Source of the DNA: Okeania hirsuta
Lineage (GTDB): Bacteria; Cyanobacteriota; Cyanobacteriia; Cyanobacteriales; Microcoleaceae
Assembly (NCBI RefSeq): GCF_003838195.1
Contig: NZ_RCBY01000026.1
Coordinates: forward strand, 1 to 53,507
Reading direction: 5' to 3'
Length of the DNA: 53,507 nucleotides
This document shows, piece after piece, positions 42,043 to 53,469 of the stretch; the stretch's first letter is position 1; each line of letters begins with the position of its first letter. A model generated the notes under the pieces. The model was not told the DNA's origin. It ran no database searches and saw nothing but the letters and a program-made list of their open reading frames with translations. A program made the position numbers and the translations under genes.

Positions 42043-44421
42043 CTATCGTCGCCAAATTTTAATAGTTCTGTCTTTACTACCACTAGCAATACTATTACCA
42101 TCAGGACTAAAAGTAACTGTATAAATCTCATCTTTATGCCCGGTCAAAGTACTAACTAATTCTCCTGTTTCTAAATCCCATATCTTAATATTATTATCCT
42201 TACTGCCACTAGCAATATATCGACCATCTTCGCTAATATCAACAGATACAACTTCAGCAGTATGACCAAGAATAGTTTTGATTAATTCTCCTGTTTTTAA
42301 GCTCCAAATTTTAATAGTATTATCGTAACTCCCACTCACTATTTTTTCCCCATCTGGACTAATATCAACAGACCTAATTACTCCTTCATGTCCAGTCAAT
42401 GTATTAATTAATTCTCCAGTATATAAATCTTCAATTTTTATAGTTTGATCTGCACTACCACTAACCAATATTCTGCCGTCAGGACTAATAGCAATAGAAT
42501 AAACTACATCTGAGTGATCGGGGAAATTAAAAATTAAGAAACCTGTTTCTAAATCCCAAACTTTAACTGTTTTATCTCCACTAGCACTAGCAATTGTTTG
42601 ATTATCAGAACTCATAGCAACTGACCAAACAGGTGCCCAATGTTCAAATACTCGAAATAATTCTCCTGTTTCCAAATTCCAGATCATTACTCTCCAATCA
42701 TAAGTACCTACCACTAATTTAGTACCATTATTATTCAAAGCAACTGACCAAATTGGAGAATCATCTGCAGCTAATGTGTTGATAATTTTTCCTGTAGGAA
42801 CTTCTAAAATTTTTACTGTTGTATCTCTACTTCCAGTAACTAAATTTTCGCCATTATCACTAAATGCAAGAGCGCCTATAGAAGCATTAAACCTAGACAA
42901 ATCTTCAACTTGATAATTCTGCCAATTTAGACCTTGTTGACAATTTTGTAAAAGAGATTGAGCTTCAGCAAAAATGCTAGATTTTTCACTAATTAAAGTT
43001 CCTTGATTGATACATTCTTCATAGTTGCGCTCTATGTATAAGTTTTTTACAAAATTAAATTTTGCCGATTCTTGTTCTTGCTGTTGTAATACTTGTTGTT
43101 GACGTAATTGTAAATAATTTTGGAATTTAAGATATCTATATATAGCAAAGATTATTACAATTAAGGTAGCGATAAATCCTAAAATCAACTGCCAGTTAAA
43201 AGATGATTGTTTGTTATTATTGCTAAATATTTTTTTAAATTTAGTAAGTAGAGATTTTGGTAAAACTCTGTTTTCTATTAATTCTATATCTTCTTGAGTT
43301 AGTCCTAAAATTTGCTGTAGACGCTCTAACTCCTGGCGAGTTTCTTGACTAAAAGGATATTCTTCCTGAATCGCAGCTTTTAATGTTTCTTCATATCTTT
43401 CTCCTTTCATCCGATATTTACGGTAAGGATTTAATACTTCATCCTCAATTATTTCCGTTTCTTCCCGGGAGAGTTCTAAACTTTCTCTAAGTTCATCTAA
43501 AATTCTTCTCCCGACAATAGAAATATCTCCTCTATCGCTAGCTCGACGAATAACCTCTTCCCGATAAATTTCTTTATTATCTGTAGCGAAACTTGGAAAC
43601 TCATTAATTTTTTTTAAATCTGCTATAACTTCTGCTGCTGACTGGTAACGTTCGTGAAAGTTATAGCGCACCATTTTATCTAAAATATCTGCTAGAGAAG
43701 TAGAACAATTTGTTAGGTATCGCCAAAAAATCTCTTTTTTTTCACCATTTTCATTATCCTTTAGTTTCGATAATTCGCTGCTAGGCAATCCCGTAATTGC
43801 CTGAATGCCAATCATTCCTAAAGCATAAATATCACTATTTAATTGGGGATTATATTCAAATTGTTCAATTGGCATATATTCCATTGTGCCAATCCTAGCT
43901 GTAGGATTTTGCTGACCAATATTAATTTCTTTAACAGCTCCAAAATCAATTAATACTAATTGATTATCCGATTTTCTTCTAATTAAATTAGCAGGCTTAA
44001 TATCTCGATGAATAACACTATTTTCATGCACAAATACTAAAATTTCTAATACTTCATTGATAATTAAAATTACTTGTTTTTCAGATAGGGGTTTACCAGG
44101 TAATATTTCATTGTCTAAAGATTGACCAGGAATAAAAGATTGAACTAGAAAAAACTCTCGATCTTCTTCAAAATATGCAAGTAGTTTAGGAATTCGATCA
44201 TGTTGAGAAAGCTTTTCTAGCATCTGTGCTTCTTTTTGAAATCGATCGCGAACGATATTAATTAATCTTCGATCATAAATACTTGGTTGTAGATGCTTAA
44301 TAAAACATTGTGCTTCTCCAGGACGACGAATGTCTAAGGCCAGATAAGCATGGCCAATTTCCCCTGATTCAATAATTTTAATAATTTGATAGCGTCCATC
44401 TAAAATATTACCAATCATCAT
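42043..44421 (-). CDS. Ser/Thr protein kinase with a C-terminal WD40 repeat domain
   Basis: Kinase subdomains (HRDIKPANL, DFG, APE-like), a central TM/coiled-coil region, then seven WD repeats (GH...WD). Confidence 0.9.
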   Translation of the reverse strand: MMIGNILDGRYQIIKIIESGEIGHAYLALDIRRPGEAQCFIKHLQPSIYDRRLINIVRDRFQKEAQMLEKLSQHDRIPKLLAYFEEDREFFLVQSFIPGQSLDNEILPGKPLSEKQVILIINEVLEILVFVHENSVIHRDIKPANLIRRKSDNQLVLIDFGAVKEINIGQQNPTARIGTMEYMPIEQFEYNPQLNSDIYALGMIGIQAITGLPSSELSKLKDNENGEKKEIFWRYLTNCSTSLADILDKMVRYNFHERYQSAAEVIADLKKINEFPSFATDNKEIYREEVIRRASDRGDISIVGRRILDELRESLELSREETEIIEDEVLNPYRKYRMKGERYEETLKAAIQEEYPFSQETRQELERLQQILGLTQEDIELIENRVLPKSLLTKFKKIFSNNNKQSSFNWQLILGFIATLIVIIFAIYRYLKFQNYLQLRQQQVLQQQEQESAKFNFVKNLYIERNYEECINQGTLISEKSSIFAEAQSLLQNCQQGLNWQNYQVEDLSRFNASIGALAFSDNGENLVTGSRDTTVKILEVPTGKIINTLAADDSPIWSVALNNNGTKLVVGTYDWRVMIWNLETGELFRVFEHWAPVWSVAMSSDNQTIASASGDKTVKVWDLETGFLIFNFPDHSDVVYSIAISPDGRILVSGSADQTIKIEDLYTGELINTLTGHEGVIRSVDISPDGEKIVSGSYDNTIKIWSLKTGELIKTILGHTAEVVSVDISEDGRYIASGSKDNNIKIWDLETGELVSTLTGHKDEIYTVTFSPDGNSIASGSKDRTIKIWRR

Positions 44422-44733
44422 TATTGTGGTAGAGCCTTTTTTAGTTGATTATGGCATGAAACAATTTACTCATTTTGACATCTACAATTATAAAAAAAAT
44501 AGTTTTAATTAAGAATATTTTCCTGATTCCAAAACTGAAAATTAGAAGTTTAATTGTAACCCTTAATCATTAATTGATAGAGATATGTTACTCCAGAACA
44601 CAAATTAATTCTGATAAAAAGTGTAATATAGAAACCAAAATAATAATTTTGGCCACTCAAAACAAAAGCACAATTTTAACAGTGCTATCATAGACAGAAG
44701 CAAAGCTAAAATCAGGTATAGGGAGTTAAGTGG

Positions 44734-45183
44734 ATGAGCCATGAAATAATAGCAATTAGGAGACCTGTTAGACCAAAACAGCCTATTGAGCCAAATTCTC
44801 CAAAGGAGGCGCTTCACGAACAAATTGAGTCAAAAGTAGAAAAACCAAATTCAATAAAAAATAGCCCCTCATCAAGAACAGAAGGTACGAATGAAAGGCA
44901 ATTAGGAAAACCAATAAGTAAATCAGAAAGACCCAAAAAACCAGGAAAACCAAAGCTAAAAGAATCTATCCAACAAGTCACCAATGCTAACGGAAAAGTT
45001 TTTAGTTCGGGGGATAAGATTTTAGTATCAGCACCCTGGAGTAGTATTGTAGAAGCTGAAATTACGGGTTTTTATAAAAGTCCTGGAGGTTCAATCTGGG
45101 CAATTTTTCTTCCCCAAGAATCTCTACCTAAGTGGAAGTGGGAAAAAGGTTGCATCCGAGCTGAATTATTAAAACAAGCATAA
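44734..45183 (+). CDS. hypothetical Lys/Pro-rich protein
   Basis: 149-aa ORF only. Confidence 0.4.
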   Translation: MSHEIIAIRRPVRPKQPIEPNSPKEALHEQIESKVEKPNSIKNSPSSRTEGTNERQLGKPISKSERPKKPGKPKLKESIQQVTNANGKVFSSGDKILVSAPWSSIVEAEITGFYKSPGGSIWAIFLPQESLPKWKWEKGCIRAELLKQA

Positions 45184-46235
45184 TTAAGGCAAAAAAAATC
45201 TTAAATTCAGGATAATTTAGCATCTAAAAAAAATCCTAAAAAATATAACAGGATGATTTGGGTTGTGTAGAAAATATCCTGAATCAAATTAAGAGGAAAC
45301 AGGGAAAAAATATCCTGAATAAAGGGAGGGGGGAGAGGATATATTTTAAACTTTTCTCCTGTTCCATAAATATTTAATCAAACTTGATATAACTGATACT
45401 AAATCTGATTTAGATAGGTTACTTGTTAAGGTAGTAAATATTTATCCAAATGGTTAAATTCAAACAAATCAATTTCTTAAAGTGCTGAAAGTGTTAGTTT
45501 TTCAGGAGTTAATTCTTGAGCAAATTGGAAAACAAAATTTTCTTGCTGTTTAGTTTCTATTGTGTATTGAAGAGTTTCTCTGACCTTAGCGATCGCCTCA
45601 CTATCAGTTCCGGTGCTCCCTACTCCCTCTCTTGGTGAGCGTTCCTTGCCTTGGTCGATTGGATATGGCGTTAGCGCAACGGATCTGCCAGAGCGGGTTT
45701 CCTCGCCATTTCACCCTACGGGAAGCTCCAAAGATCGACCGCTTGCGTCTGTCGCACCCCGCGGGGTCGCACCGCTGCTCCCTACTCCCTAAATTTTTGA
45801 TTGTGGTTATTCAAACAGACATGATATAATAGTAAAAATCCTTAAAAAAAATTTAGAGACGCGATCGCCCACATCTCTAAAATTACTATTCGACTATTTC
45901 AGCCAGAATTGATATCCTCTCGACGTTGCGCTTAGGCGACAACGTGGGATTCCTAACCATCACTGATTAGGTTTTTCTGTTCCCTCTTGCCTCCTCCGGA
46001 GGAGCTGCGCTAACAGAGGATCTGCCTCCGAGGTCTTTCCCTCTTTTTGGTCTTAAGGTCGCTCCACAGTACGTCACCAATCCGATGGCTCCCCTAGACA
46101 CTGCTAGCCCAGCAGCCTCAATTTAAGTATTATAGCACATGGTTTGAAAAAAAAACCAATCAATATTGGTTTTCCCATAGGATTATCCCGCACTCTCCTG
46201 AGGGCGGGTCTTCAACCAACGTTGAAATAAGTAAC

Positions 46236-47720
46236 TTAATTATTGCGTGACACAGAAGCCTCTTCTACAAAATTGTCACCATCTCTCCTCTGATTTTTAG
46301 GAGAAGGTTTTTGATGACGAATCTTCGGTGAGCGTGGCTTTGGCTTTGGCTTCGGAGTTTCATAGACAGGGATTTCTTCCTCCTGAGCATAATCAGGCCC
46401 CATCCAAGCAGGACGAGTTTCATCATAAGCTATCTGTAAAGCTGCTGCAGCGATCGCATGGGGGTCATACTCTTCACCCAACTGAGCAATCAATGGTAAG
46501 AAAGAAGCCATTCGTTCCCCACTCAGAGCATCTCGTACCTTATTCTGTAACTTCTGCAACTGTCGGGCTTCAATTTGAGACCGCTTAGGAATCGAGCGAG
46601 TATCCAAACGTTGACGTAGATGACGTTCTATCAACCGTAACTTCCGCTTATCTAAAGGATTAATTAACGAAATCGCTGTACCTTCACGACCTGCACGACC
46701 TGTACGACCAATACGGTGAACATAATTTTCCACACTATCAGGTAAATCGTAGTTAATCACATGAGTTAAGTGGTCCACATCTAAACCACGAGCTGCAATA
46801 TCAGTTGCCACTACCCAACGTACTTGTTGATTACGAAAGCGACTTAGCAACCGTTCTCGTTGGGATTGATTCAAGTTACCATGATATTCATCAACACTAT
46901 GACCTGCTGACTGTAATTGGTTTGTTAGTTCAGCCGCTGCTTGCCTTGTCCGCACAAATATCAAAGCTGCTTCTGGGTCTTCGAGTTCTAGAACTGGCTG
47001 TAAGGCTTTAGCTTTCGGCCAACCACGAGGCACCATGTAAGCAATCTGAGAAATTCGCTTCGGAGTTGTCTTTTGTTGAGCAACTTTGACTGTTACTGGC
47101 GATCGCAAATATTTATTCACCAGTTTCTTGATTGAGTAGTCCATGGTAGCAGAGAAGAAAGCTGTTTGATGTTCAGTGGGTGCTGCATCCAAAATTCTTT
47201 CTACATCCTGAATAAAACCCATACTCAACATTTCGTCAGCTTCGTCTAAAACCATCATTTTCAAACTATCTAGTTTTAAACTATTGCGACTCAGCATATC
47301 CAGAATCCGTCCTGGCGTTCCAACTACGATATGAACACCTCTTTGAAGGCGCTGAATCTGACGTTCAATAGATTGACCGCCATAAACAGTTAAGACCTGT
47401 AATCGATGTTTCGTTGGACTCTTGTTATCCAAACCAGCAATTTGACGAATCGCTTCTGTAACTTGCAGCGCTAACTCACGAGTGGGAGTCAAAATCAAAG
47501 CTTGAACTGCCTTTGTCTCCAGCTCAATTCTCTCCAATATGGGTAACGAAAACGCTGCGGTTTTACCTGTTCCTGTTTGGGCTTGACCTACAATATCGGT
47601 TCCTGCCAGCAAATGAGGTATTGCTTGGACTTGAATCGGAGTAGGTTCAGTAAAACCAATTGTTTCCAGATGATTTACACGCTCTTGTGAAATTCCTAAA
47701 TTTGCAAACGATAAATCCAT
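46236..47720 (-). CDS. DEAD-box ATP-dependent RNA helicase (CrhR-like)
   Basis: Q motif, AQTGTGKT, DEAD, SAT, HRIGRTGRAG. Basic C-terminal extension. Confidence 0.9.
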   Translation of the reverse strand: MDLSFANLGISQERVNHLETIGFTEPTPIQVQAIPHLLAGTDIVGQAQTGTGKTAAFSLPILERIELETKAVQALILTPTRELALQVTEAIRQIAGLDNKSPTKHRLQVLTVYGGQSIERQIQRLQRGVHIVVGTPGRILDMLSRNSLKLDSLKMMVLDEADEMLSMGFIQDVERILDAAPTEHQTAFFSATMDYSIKKLVNKYLRSPVTVKVAQQKTTPKRISQIAYMVPRGWPKAKALQPVLELEDPEAALIFVRTRQAAAELTNQLQSAGHSVDEYHGNLNQSQRERLLSRFRNQQVRWVVATDIAARGLDVDHLTHVINYDLPDSVENYVHRIGRTGRAGREGTAISLINPLDKRKLRLIERHLRQRLDTRSIPKRSQIEARQLQKLQNKVRDALSGERMASFLPLIAQLGEEYDPHAIAAAALQIAYDETRPAWMGPDYAQEEEIPVYETPKPKPKPRSPKIRHQKPSPKNQRRDGDNFVEEASVSRNN

Positions 47721-48009
47721 TCATTCTCCTAAGTAAATTATTTTACATCTGGTTTTGTTACCCAACTTGGAGGCAGATTTATGCTCAACTATAGCTGCTT
47801 ATCAGCCCTTGCTCACGATAAACCTGTAGTTATTTGGTAGGGCAGTATGCCTTTGCCAATCACAGTTTCTACTAAATCTACTAAACTGATAGCTAACATT
47901 TTAGTAGTGTCTGTATGTTCTCAACGGCTAGGTTTTAACCTGAAGATCGACGACAGAATTAAAGGCAAAATGCCTGTTCCTTTTCTCTCTAGTTGGGTAT
48001 AGTGAAGTA

Positions 48010-48134
48010 CCTGCTCTATAAAACTGATACAAAGCGTCACATAAAGTGACAAATTGACGTTTACTTCTTGCTTCAACTGAGGCCGTCGGCGGTTACTCAT
48101 CCACAAGCATTTACGGTCGAGCCGACCGCATATC
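48010..48134 (+). repeat. Dispersed ~125-bp repeat (copy 2 of the 19647 family)
   Basis: See 19647-19772. Confidence 0.7.
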
Positions 48135-49046
48135 TCAAATTTATACTGGCGTTTAAATCTCCTCAAAAGGAGAATCAGCGCAGCCACCCTGCTTCTCAAG
48201 GCGGATAAATTCTGATTTTTTTTGTAGAGGCTTTCCGATTTTACAGGCAGACAAACATGAACATTATTAAGTTATGTAGTTTGTCTGATTACCTGAACTA
48301 CCGCTAGTAGATATAATAGAAAATTTATATTGTTTCTACGACCTTTTAAGTAAGTCAGGTAGGTTATCAACCACTACAATATAAAGATATAGAAATTACT
48401 ACTGTCTCACACATATCAATCTCAGGAATTTTAAGCCCCTGCGATTAAGTTTCCTTTCGTCTCACTCCTAAACCTACGGCCATAGAGAGGAATTTCCTAG
48501 AGGGTCTGTTGAGAAAGGTTAGAGCCAATATTTGGCTATCGTTAAGCTGTTGTATATATCAAGTTTCCGTTGGACAAAGGAAGAAAAAATGACCTTAATT
48601 TTGAGGTTTTCCATGTCCCAGCGTATCTACCTACATTACCGTAGGTATTTTATGATACTTAACAGCTCCCTTTGGGTAGCTCGTCTTTATCTTCATAATG
48701 ATTAACATAATAACAAATGACTTAACATTTGCCACATTTATTACATATTTTCCTGGAATTAACTTAATTTTTTAGATTTTGTACATTGATGTAGAGGTTT
48801 TGGGACATTACACACTTTTTACAGAAGTTACTTAAAAGTGATACAGGCGTTACATGTAAAGTCTGTAAAGCAATCAAAGTTAAGAAGAATTTCTGATGTA
48901 TATATTGTAATGTGTTAAGATTTTAAGTTGCGCAAGAAGCCCAGTATAGTTTATATCTTCATAAGTATCATTTAGTTGCAAGACTTTATGTGTCTAATGA
49001 TGCTTTGGCAATCCCTAAAAATGTACCCTACACTTCAACTGAATGA

Positions 49047-50378
49047 CTAATTGCTTGATTTACTCAAATCTACATAACCATACAAATCGTAAACATCTGC
49101 ATCTGTAATCATCACTGGCACAATTGAACCCAAACGAGCTTTACCTTGGAGATAAACAAGTCCATCCACTTCTGGAGAAAACCGTGGTGACCTACCAATC
49201 AACTCTCCTGTCTGAGGATTTTCCTGTTCAATCAGTACATCAACTACTTGTCCCACTGATTTTTGATTCTGTTTTCCAGATATGGGCTGCTGGACTTGCA
49301 TAATTTTTTCTCTACGGGTGTCCATCACTGCTTTGGGCAACTGATTAGGCAAACTATAGGCGGGGGTTCCTTCTTCTGGAGAGAAAGTAAATACCCCAAC
49401 ATGATCGAACTCGTGACGCTTGACAAATTTCACTAAATGTGCATGATGATCTTCCGTTTCACCAGGGAAGCCCACTATAAAGGTTGTCCGCAACACGGCA
49501 TTGGGCATAGCTGCTTTTATTTTTTCGATTATATCATCATTAACCCGACCTTGCCAAGGTCTATTCATGGCCCGCAATATTTGGGGATGAGAATGTTGTA
49601 AAGGCAAGTCTAGATAGGGTAAAATATTGGGAGTTTCTTGAATAGCAGCTATTACTTTGGGAGTCAAACCTGTAGGATAGGCATAGTGCATTCTAATCCA
49701 GGGTATATCAACTTTTCCTAGGGCGCGGAGAAGTTCGGCGAGTTTGGGTTCGCCATAAATATCGATTCCATAGTTAGTGGTTATTTGGGAGATGAGGATG
49801 ATTTCTTTTACCCCTTGGTCTGCTAGTTGTTGAGCTTCAGTGACAATAGATTCTATGGTGCGCGATCGCTGATTTCCTCGTAGATGAGGAATAATACAAA
49901 AAGCACAACGATAATCACAACCTTCAGCTATTCGCACATAAGCAACTCCTTCGGATGTGGTGCGGTAACGTGGGGTTGTTTCATCGGCAATATAGGTGGG
50001 TTGAGGGGAGACTTCTGTGACGCGATCGCCTTTTTCTACCCGTTGCATCACATCAACTATTTTATGATAATCACCAGTCCCCACAAGTGCTACTGCTTCT
50101 GGTAACTCTGCAAGTAATTCTTCTTGGAAGTGTTGCGCCATACAACCTGCGATGACTATTTTTTTGTTAGCTTCTGCTAATTCTACCAAAGTACGAACAG
50201 ATTCTTCTCTGGCAGTTTGAATAAAACTACAGGTGTTAACGACTACATAATCTGCTAATTCTTCGTTAGCATCTACTTGATAACCCGCTTGTGCTAGTAA
50301 ACCTATGATATGTTCGGTATCGATACGATTTTTTTCGCACCCTAAGTGAGAGAATGAAATGGTAGGTTTTGTAGACAT
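49047..50378 (-). CDS. rimO: radical-SAM methylthiotransferase, RimO-like (ribosomal protein S12 methylthiotransferase)
   Basis: N-terminal MTTase domain [11 protein letters not shown]. Radical [12 protein letters not shown]-terminal TRAM region. About 440 aa. RimO versus MiaB was judged on N-terminal pattern only. Confidence 0.6.
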   Translation of the reverse strand: MSTKPTISFSHLGCEKNRIDTEHIIGLLAQAGYQVDANEELADYVVVNTCSFIQTAREESVRTLVELAEANKKIVIAGCMAQHFQEELLAELPEAVALVGTGDYHKIVDVMQRVEKGDRVTEVSPQPTYIADETTPRYRTTSEGVAYVRIAEGCDYRCAFCIIPHLRGNQRSRTIESIVTEAQQLADQGVKEIILISQITTNYGIDIYGEPKLAELLRALGKVDIPWIRMHYAYPTGLTPKVIAAIQETPNILPYLDLPLQHSHPQILRAMNRPWQGRVNDDIIEKIKAAMPNAVLRTTFIVGFPGETEDHHAHLVKFVKRHEFDHVGVFTFSPEEGTPAYSLPNQLPKAVMDTRREKIMQVQQPISGKQNQKSVGQVVDVLIEQENPQTGELIGRSPRFSPEVDGLVYLQGKARLGSIVPVMITDADVYDLYGYVDLSKSSN

Positions 50379-50456
50379 TTAGAGTTCTGAGTTATTAATT
50401 TTGATCGGGAATAGTCTTTATAATATAGCATATTACCTATGGCCAAATAAGGTATG

Positions 50457-50565
50457 GCAGTCGAAGGAAAGGGTGCGAACAGATCGAGAGCTTAAAACTC
50501 AGACAACACAATATTTTTTCTTTTTCCTTCTTCCTTCTTTACTTCTTCCTTCTTCTTTCTGCTAT
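50457..50565 (+). repeat. Dispersed repeat (copy 3 of the 35399 family) plus TTCCTTC STRR
   Basis: GTCGAAGGAAAGGGTGCGAACAGATCGAGAGCTTAAAACTCAGACAACACAATATTTTTTC... Confidence 0.65.
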
Positions 50566-50682
50566 AAAGCAAGTCAAAGGTCTTAAACAGACAAAAACTG
50601 GCATTAAATCCTAGAATTTGGCATCTGCCAGTCGAAAAATAAGAGTTAAAAATTAATATTGATTTTGTGAAGAAGTTCAAAG

Positions 50683-51675
50683 TTAATTAGCGGGTGTCAA
50701 AATAATTACTGTTCGCTGATTGACATCAGCAGCAGGATCGCTACCAGGGAGTGGTTGAGAAAATCCCATTCCTTTGCCAACAACCTGATATGGTAAATTC
50801 TGCTGTTTCAAATATTCGACTACTGCATTTGCTCGGTCTTGAGATATTTCTTGGTTTAACTGAGCACCACCGACCTGAGATGTATGACCTTCAACTCTAA
50901 TCGTAACTTTATTAGGATCGTATTCTTTAATTTCTGAGATGAGACTATTTATAGTTTGCTCTGCTTGGGGAGATAATTCAAATTCATCAAATCCAAATTT
51001 TACTTGACCTAAAGTTTTGGCTTTACTCAAATTCTTGCCTTGTGGTTGAGATGTTGTAGATGTGTTAGTAGAGGTAGCAGCAGAAGTTTCGATTTCTGGC
51101 GATGATGTAGCAGTTGGTTGTGCAGTTCCAGATCCAGAGGTAGTAGTAATATTAGTAGTAGGTGATACGGTCGCAGATGGAGAAGTAGATACTGAGCTAG
51201 TAGTTGTTTCAGTGTCTGTGGTTTCTGTAGTTGTAGTTATAGACTCTGCTTCAGTGGTTGTTGTATCAGTTGTAATAGGAGTGGGAGACTCTGCTGTAGT
51301 AGTTGTTTCGGTTTCTGTGGTTTCTGTAGTTGTAGTTATAGACTCTGCTTCAGTGGTTGTTGTATCAGTTGTGATGGGAGTGGGAGACTCTGCTGTAGTA
51401 GTTGTTTCGGTTTCTGTAGTTTCTGTAGTTGTAGTTATAGACTCTGCTTCAGTGGTTGTTGTATCAGTTGTTTCAGTTTCTATTCTTTGTACTTGAGTAA
51501 CTTCTGTTTTATCATCTACATCTTCAGTTTCAGTCAATTGAACATCAATAGTAGGTTTTTCAAAAGCTTTAGGACCTGCAAATGCCCAAGCACAAATCAT
51601 CATAAAGCCCATACATCCTGCTAAGATACTAGGACTTAAAGTTTGTTGGTGATGTATTTTTTTTTCAGCAGTCAT
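50683..51675 (-). CDS. OmpA-family protein with a Thr-rich tandem-repeat linker
   Basis: C-terminal OmpA-like domain (TIRVEGHTSQVGGAQLNQEISQDRANAV). N-terminal TM. Three 32-aa Thr/Glu repeats. Confidence 0.75.
   Translation of the reverse strand: MTAEKKIHHQQTLSPSILAGCMGFMMICAWAFAGPKAFEKPTIDVQLTETEDVDDKTEVTQVQRIETETTDTTTTEAESITTTTETTETETTTTAESPTPITTDTTTTEAESITTTTETTETETTTTAESPTPITTDTTTTEAESITTTTETTDTETTTSSVSTSPSATVSPTTNITTTSGSGTAQPTATSSPEIETSAATSTNTSTTSQPQGKNLSKAKTLGQVKFGFDEFELSPQAEQTINSLISEIKEYDPNKVTIRVEGHTSQVGGAQLNQEISQDRANAVVEYLKQQNLPYQVVGKGMGFSQPLPGSDPAADVNQRTVIILTPAN
51180..51480. repeat. 96-bp tandem repeat x3 inside the OmpA-family CDS
   Basis: Direct reading. It creates the spurious antisense ORF 51062-51496. 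Confidence 0.8.
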
Positions 51676-51929
51676 ATCTAATAATATAGCTCCAAACTAG
51701 GTTTATCTGAAATAACTTCTATTAAACTAATATGATATTGATAGAATCAGCAACTGGCAAAAAATCCAAAATCATTGAGATTCTTGTTATTATTTATAGC
51801 AGCATTTTATGACAAATGGAATAAATCGTAAATTATTTTTTTTAAGTTCTTTATATCCTTTTAATATTACTATTTAATATTACTATATTCTAAATAAATT
51901 GGATTTTAATTGAAAATTAAATATCTTAA

Positions 51930-51954
51930 AGAGACGTTCCGCCAGAACGTCTCT
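51930..51954 (-). terminator. 10-bp perfect stem / 5-nt loop hairpin (AGAGACGTTC-CGCCA-GAACGTCTCT) downstream of the 47-aa gene
   Basis: Seen directly. Followed on the minus strand by an AT-rich tract rather than a clean U-run. Confidence 0.35.
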
Positions 51955-51976
51955 AGAAAACTTGTATTGTTGTTAA

Positions 51977-52117
51977 CTAGCCAACTGTATAAGCGGTACT
52001 AAGTCCCCACAAAAGAAGAAAGACTATTGCACCTAGAATCACAATCGCAGAAATGGCGATCGCGCTGGGAGTATCTGCTCCCTTAAATTTCATTATTCCA
52101 CGGTCAAGGTCTGACAT
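51977..52117 (-). CDS. hypothetical 47-aa single-TM protein
   Basis: MSDLDRGIMKFKGADTPSAIAISAIVILGAIVFLLLWGLSTAYTVG*. Under 60 aa, so absent from the ORF track. A hairpin follows it. Confidence 0.35.
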   Translation of the reverse strand: MSDLDRGIMKFKGADTPSAIAISAIVILGAIVFLLLWGLSTAYTVG

Positions 52118-53118
52118 AATATTTATCTCCTAATTATGTTTTTGATTTTAGCTAAGATTTTCTGGAAATATGTCTATATTGCTACTATATTTTCTCCCAT
52201 TTCTGTTTATGATTTGTCTCTAATATTAAAATAATAATAAAGATTGGCAATGGTCATATTTTAGGCCGTTTATAAATTAGATAATTCTATGATTTTGTCA
52301 TCAGTGTTAATTAATTATTGACTGAGATCAGACTCAAATTGTTTCCTAATCTAATCAGGGGTGTTAAAAAAAGGGAAGATACTTCAGAATATGATAATTA
52401 TTCTGGTAATTCTGAGCAGGTTAAAACTGAGGAGGAATCTGAGCAAATTAATGAAGTTTTGCATGTTTAAACAGCAGATTCTCAGGAGTTATCTCAAGAT
52501 ATTAGTTTGCTCAGGGATTTTTTATACTTATTTGTACGGTTCTCTTTACAATCCAAGGGCTTAATTTACTTTTTAAATGTTCGGGAAATTAAGAAGAATG
52601 GATTTTATGTTTTTTGAACGCAGCACATAAACAACCAGAATTAATGTTGATGATGATATTATTTATTCCAAGTATCACAGTTTCATTGTTTGTGATTTAC
52701 TGGCTAATACTTCAGTTTATTAAAGCTCTGGCTTTGCTTAAGCAAAAGTTTCTTGAAATATACTTCTCCGACATTAACTTTAATCCCTTGTAATACCTGG
52801 GAAAAAACTTAGTTTCCGGAGATGAATAATCCAGAAATAGGAAGGTAAAAAACATCAAAAAATTCCCGAAAAAAAAATTATCTAAATGTTAGGTAGATTG
52901 CCTATAATAAATATAGAAGCTAGAAATAAGAATTGTTTAGATAGATCGGTTCTGACAATATGTAGATAACGACTGTACAGATCTCTACATTTATAATGAT
53001 AGCTTTTTGTCGAATATTGGACTTTGGACAAAAAGAAAAAGTGGTTAGCGTAAGTATTACACTAACTAATCGGTGATTGTATTAGAAATCAAATCTGGAA
53101 TTATCTTCGTTTCTCACA

Positions 53119-53469
53119 TTATTTATCATCCTGAAGATCATAGGATGGGTCTGGTTCAATTTCTCCACCAAAACAAATATCTAAATAACTTTCTTGAAGG
53201 GAATGAACAACTCTCTCCAACTCATCAATAAGATTCCTTCGAGTCATTTTTTCAACTGCATCAATATGAGCTTCACTTCCCCCTTTTCCTAAATACTTAT
53301 ATTTAGTTTTTTTCTGACTATCAGTAGCCATAGGAAAAATCGGTGAAGTAGATTGTAATTTATAATAATAGTACAGTTTCTGATTTCTATTGACTTGATA
53401 ACGAATGATATGACAATCACGAGGAATCACCTCTCCTTCTCGTTCAATTTTCTTAATTTTCTGCTTCAT
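53119..53469 (-). CDS. hypothetical protein (may extend past the window edge)
   Basis: 116-aa ORF only. Confidence 0.35.
   Translation of the reverse strand: MKQKIKKIEREGEVIPRDCHIIRYQVNRNQKLYYYYKLQSTSPIFPMATDSQKKTKYKYLGKGGSEAHIDAVEKMTRRNLIDELERVVHSLQESYLDICFGGEIEPDPSYDLQDDK

Noticed and set aside
47921-48199. 92-aa minus-strand ORF
   Set aside because: It overlaps the 48010-48134 dispersed repeat and has no coding signature.
51062-51496. 144-aa plus-strand ORF rich in V/S/D
   Set aside because: It is antisense to the Thr-rich 96-bp tandem repeat of the OmpA-family gene and is a repeat-generated artefact.
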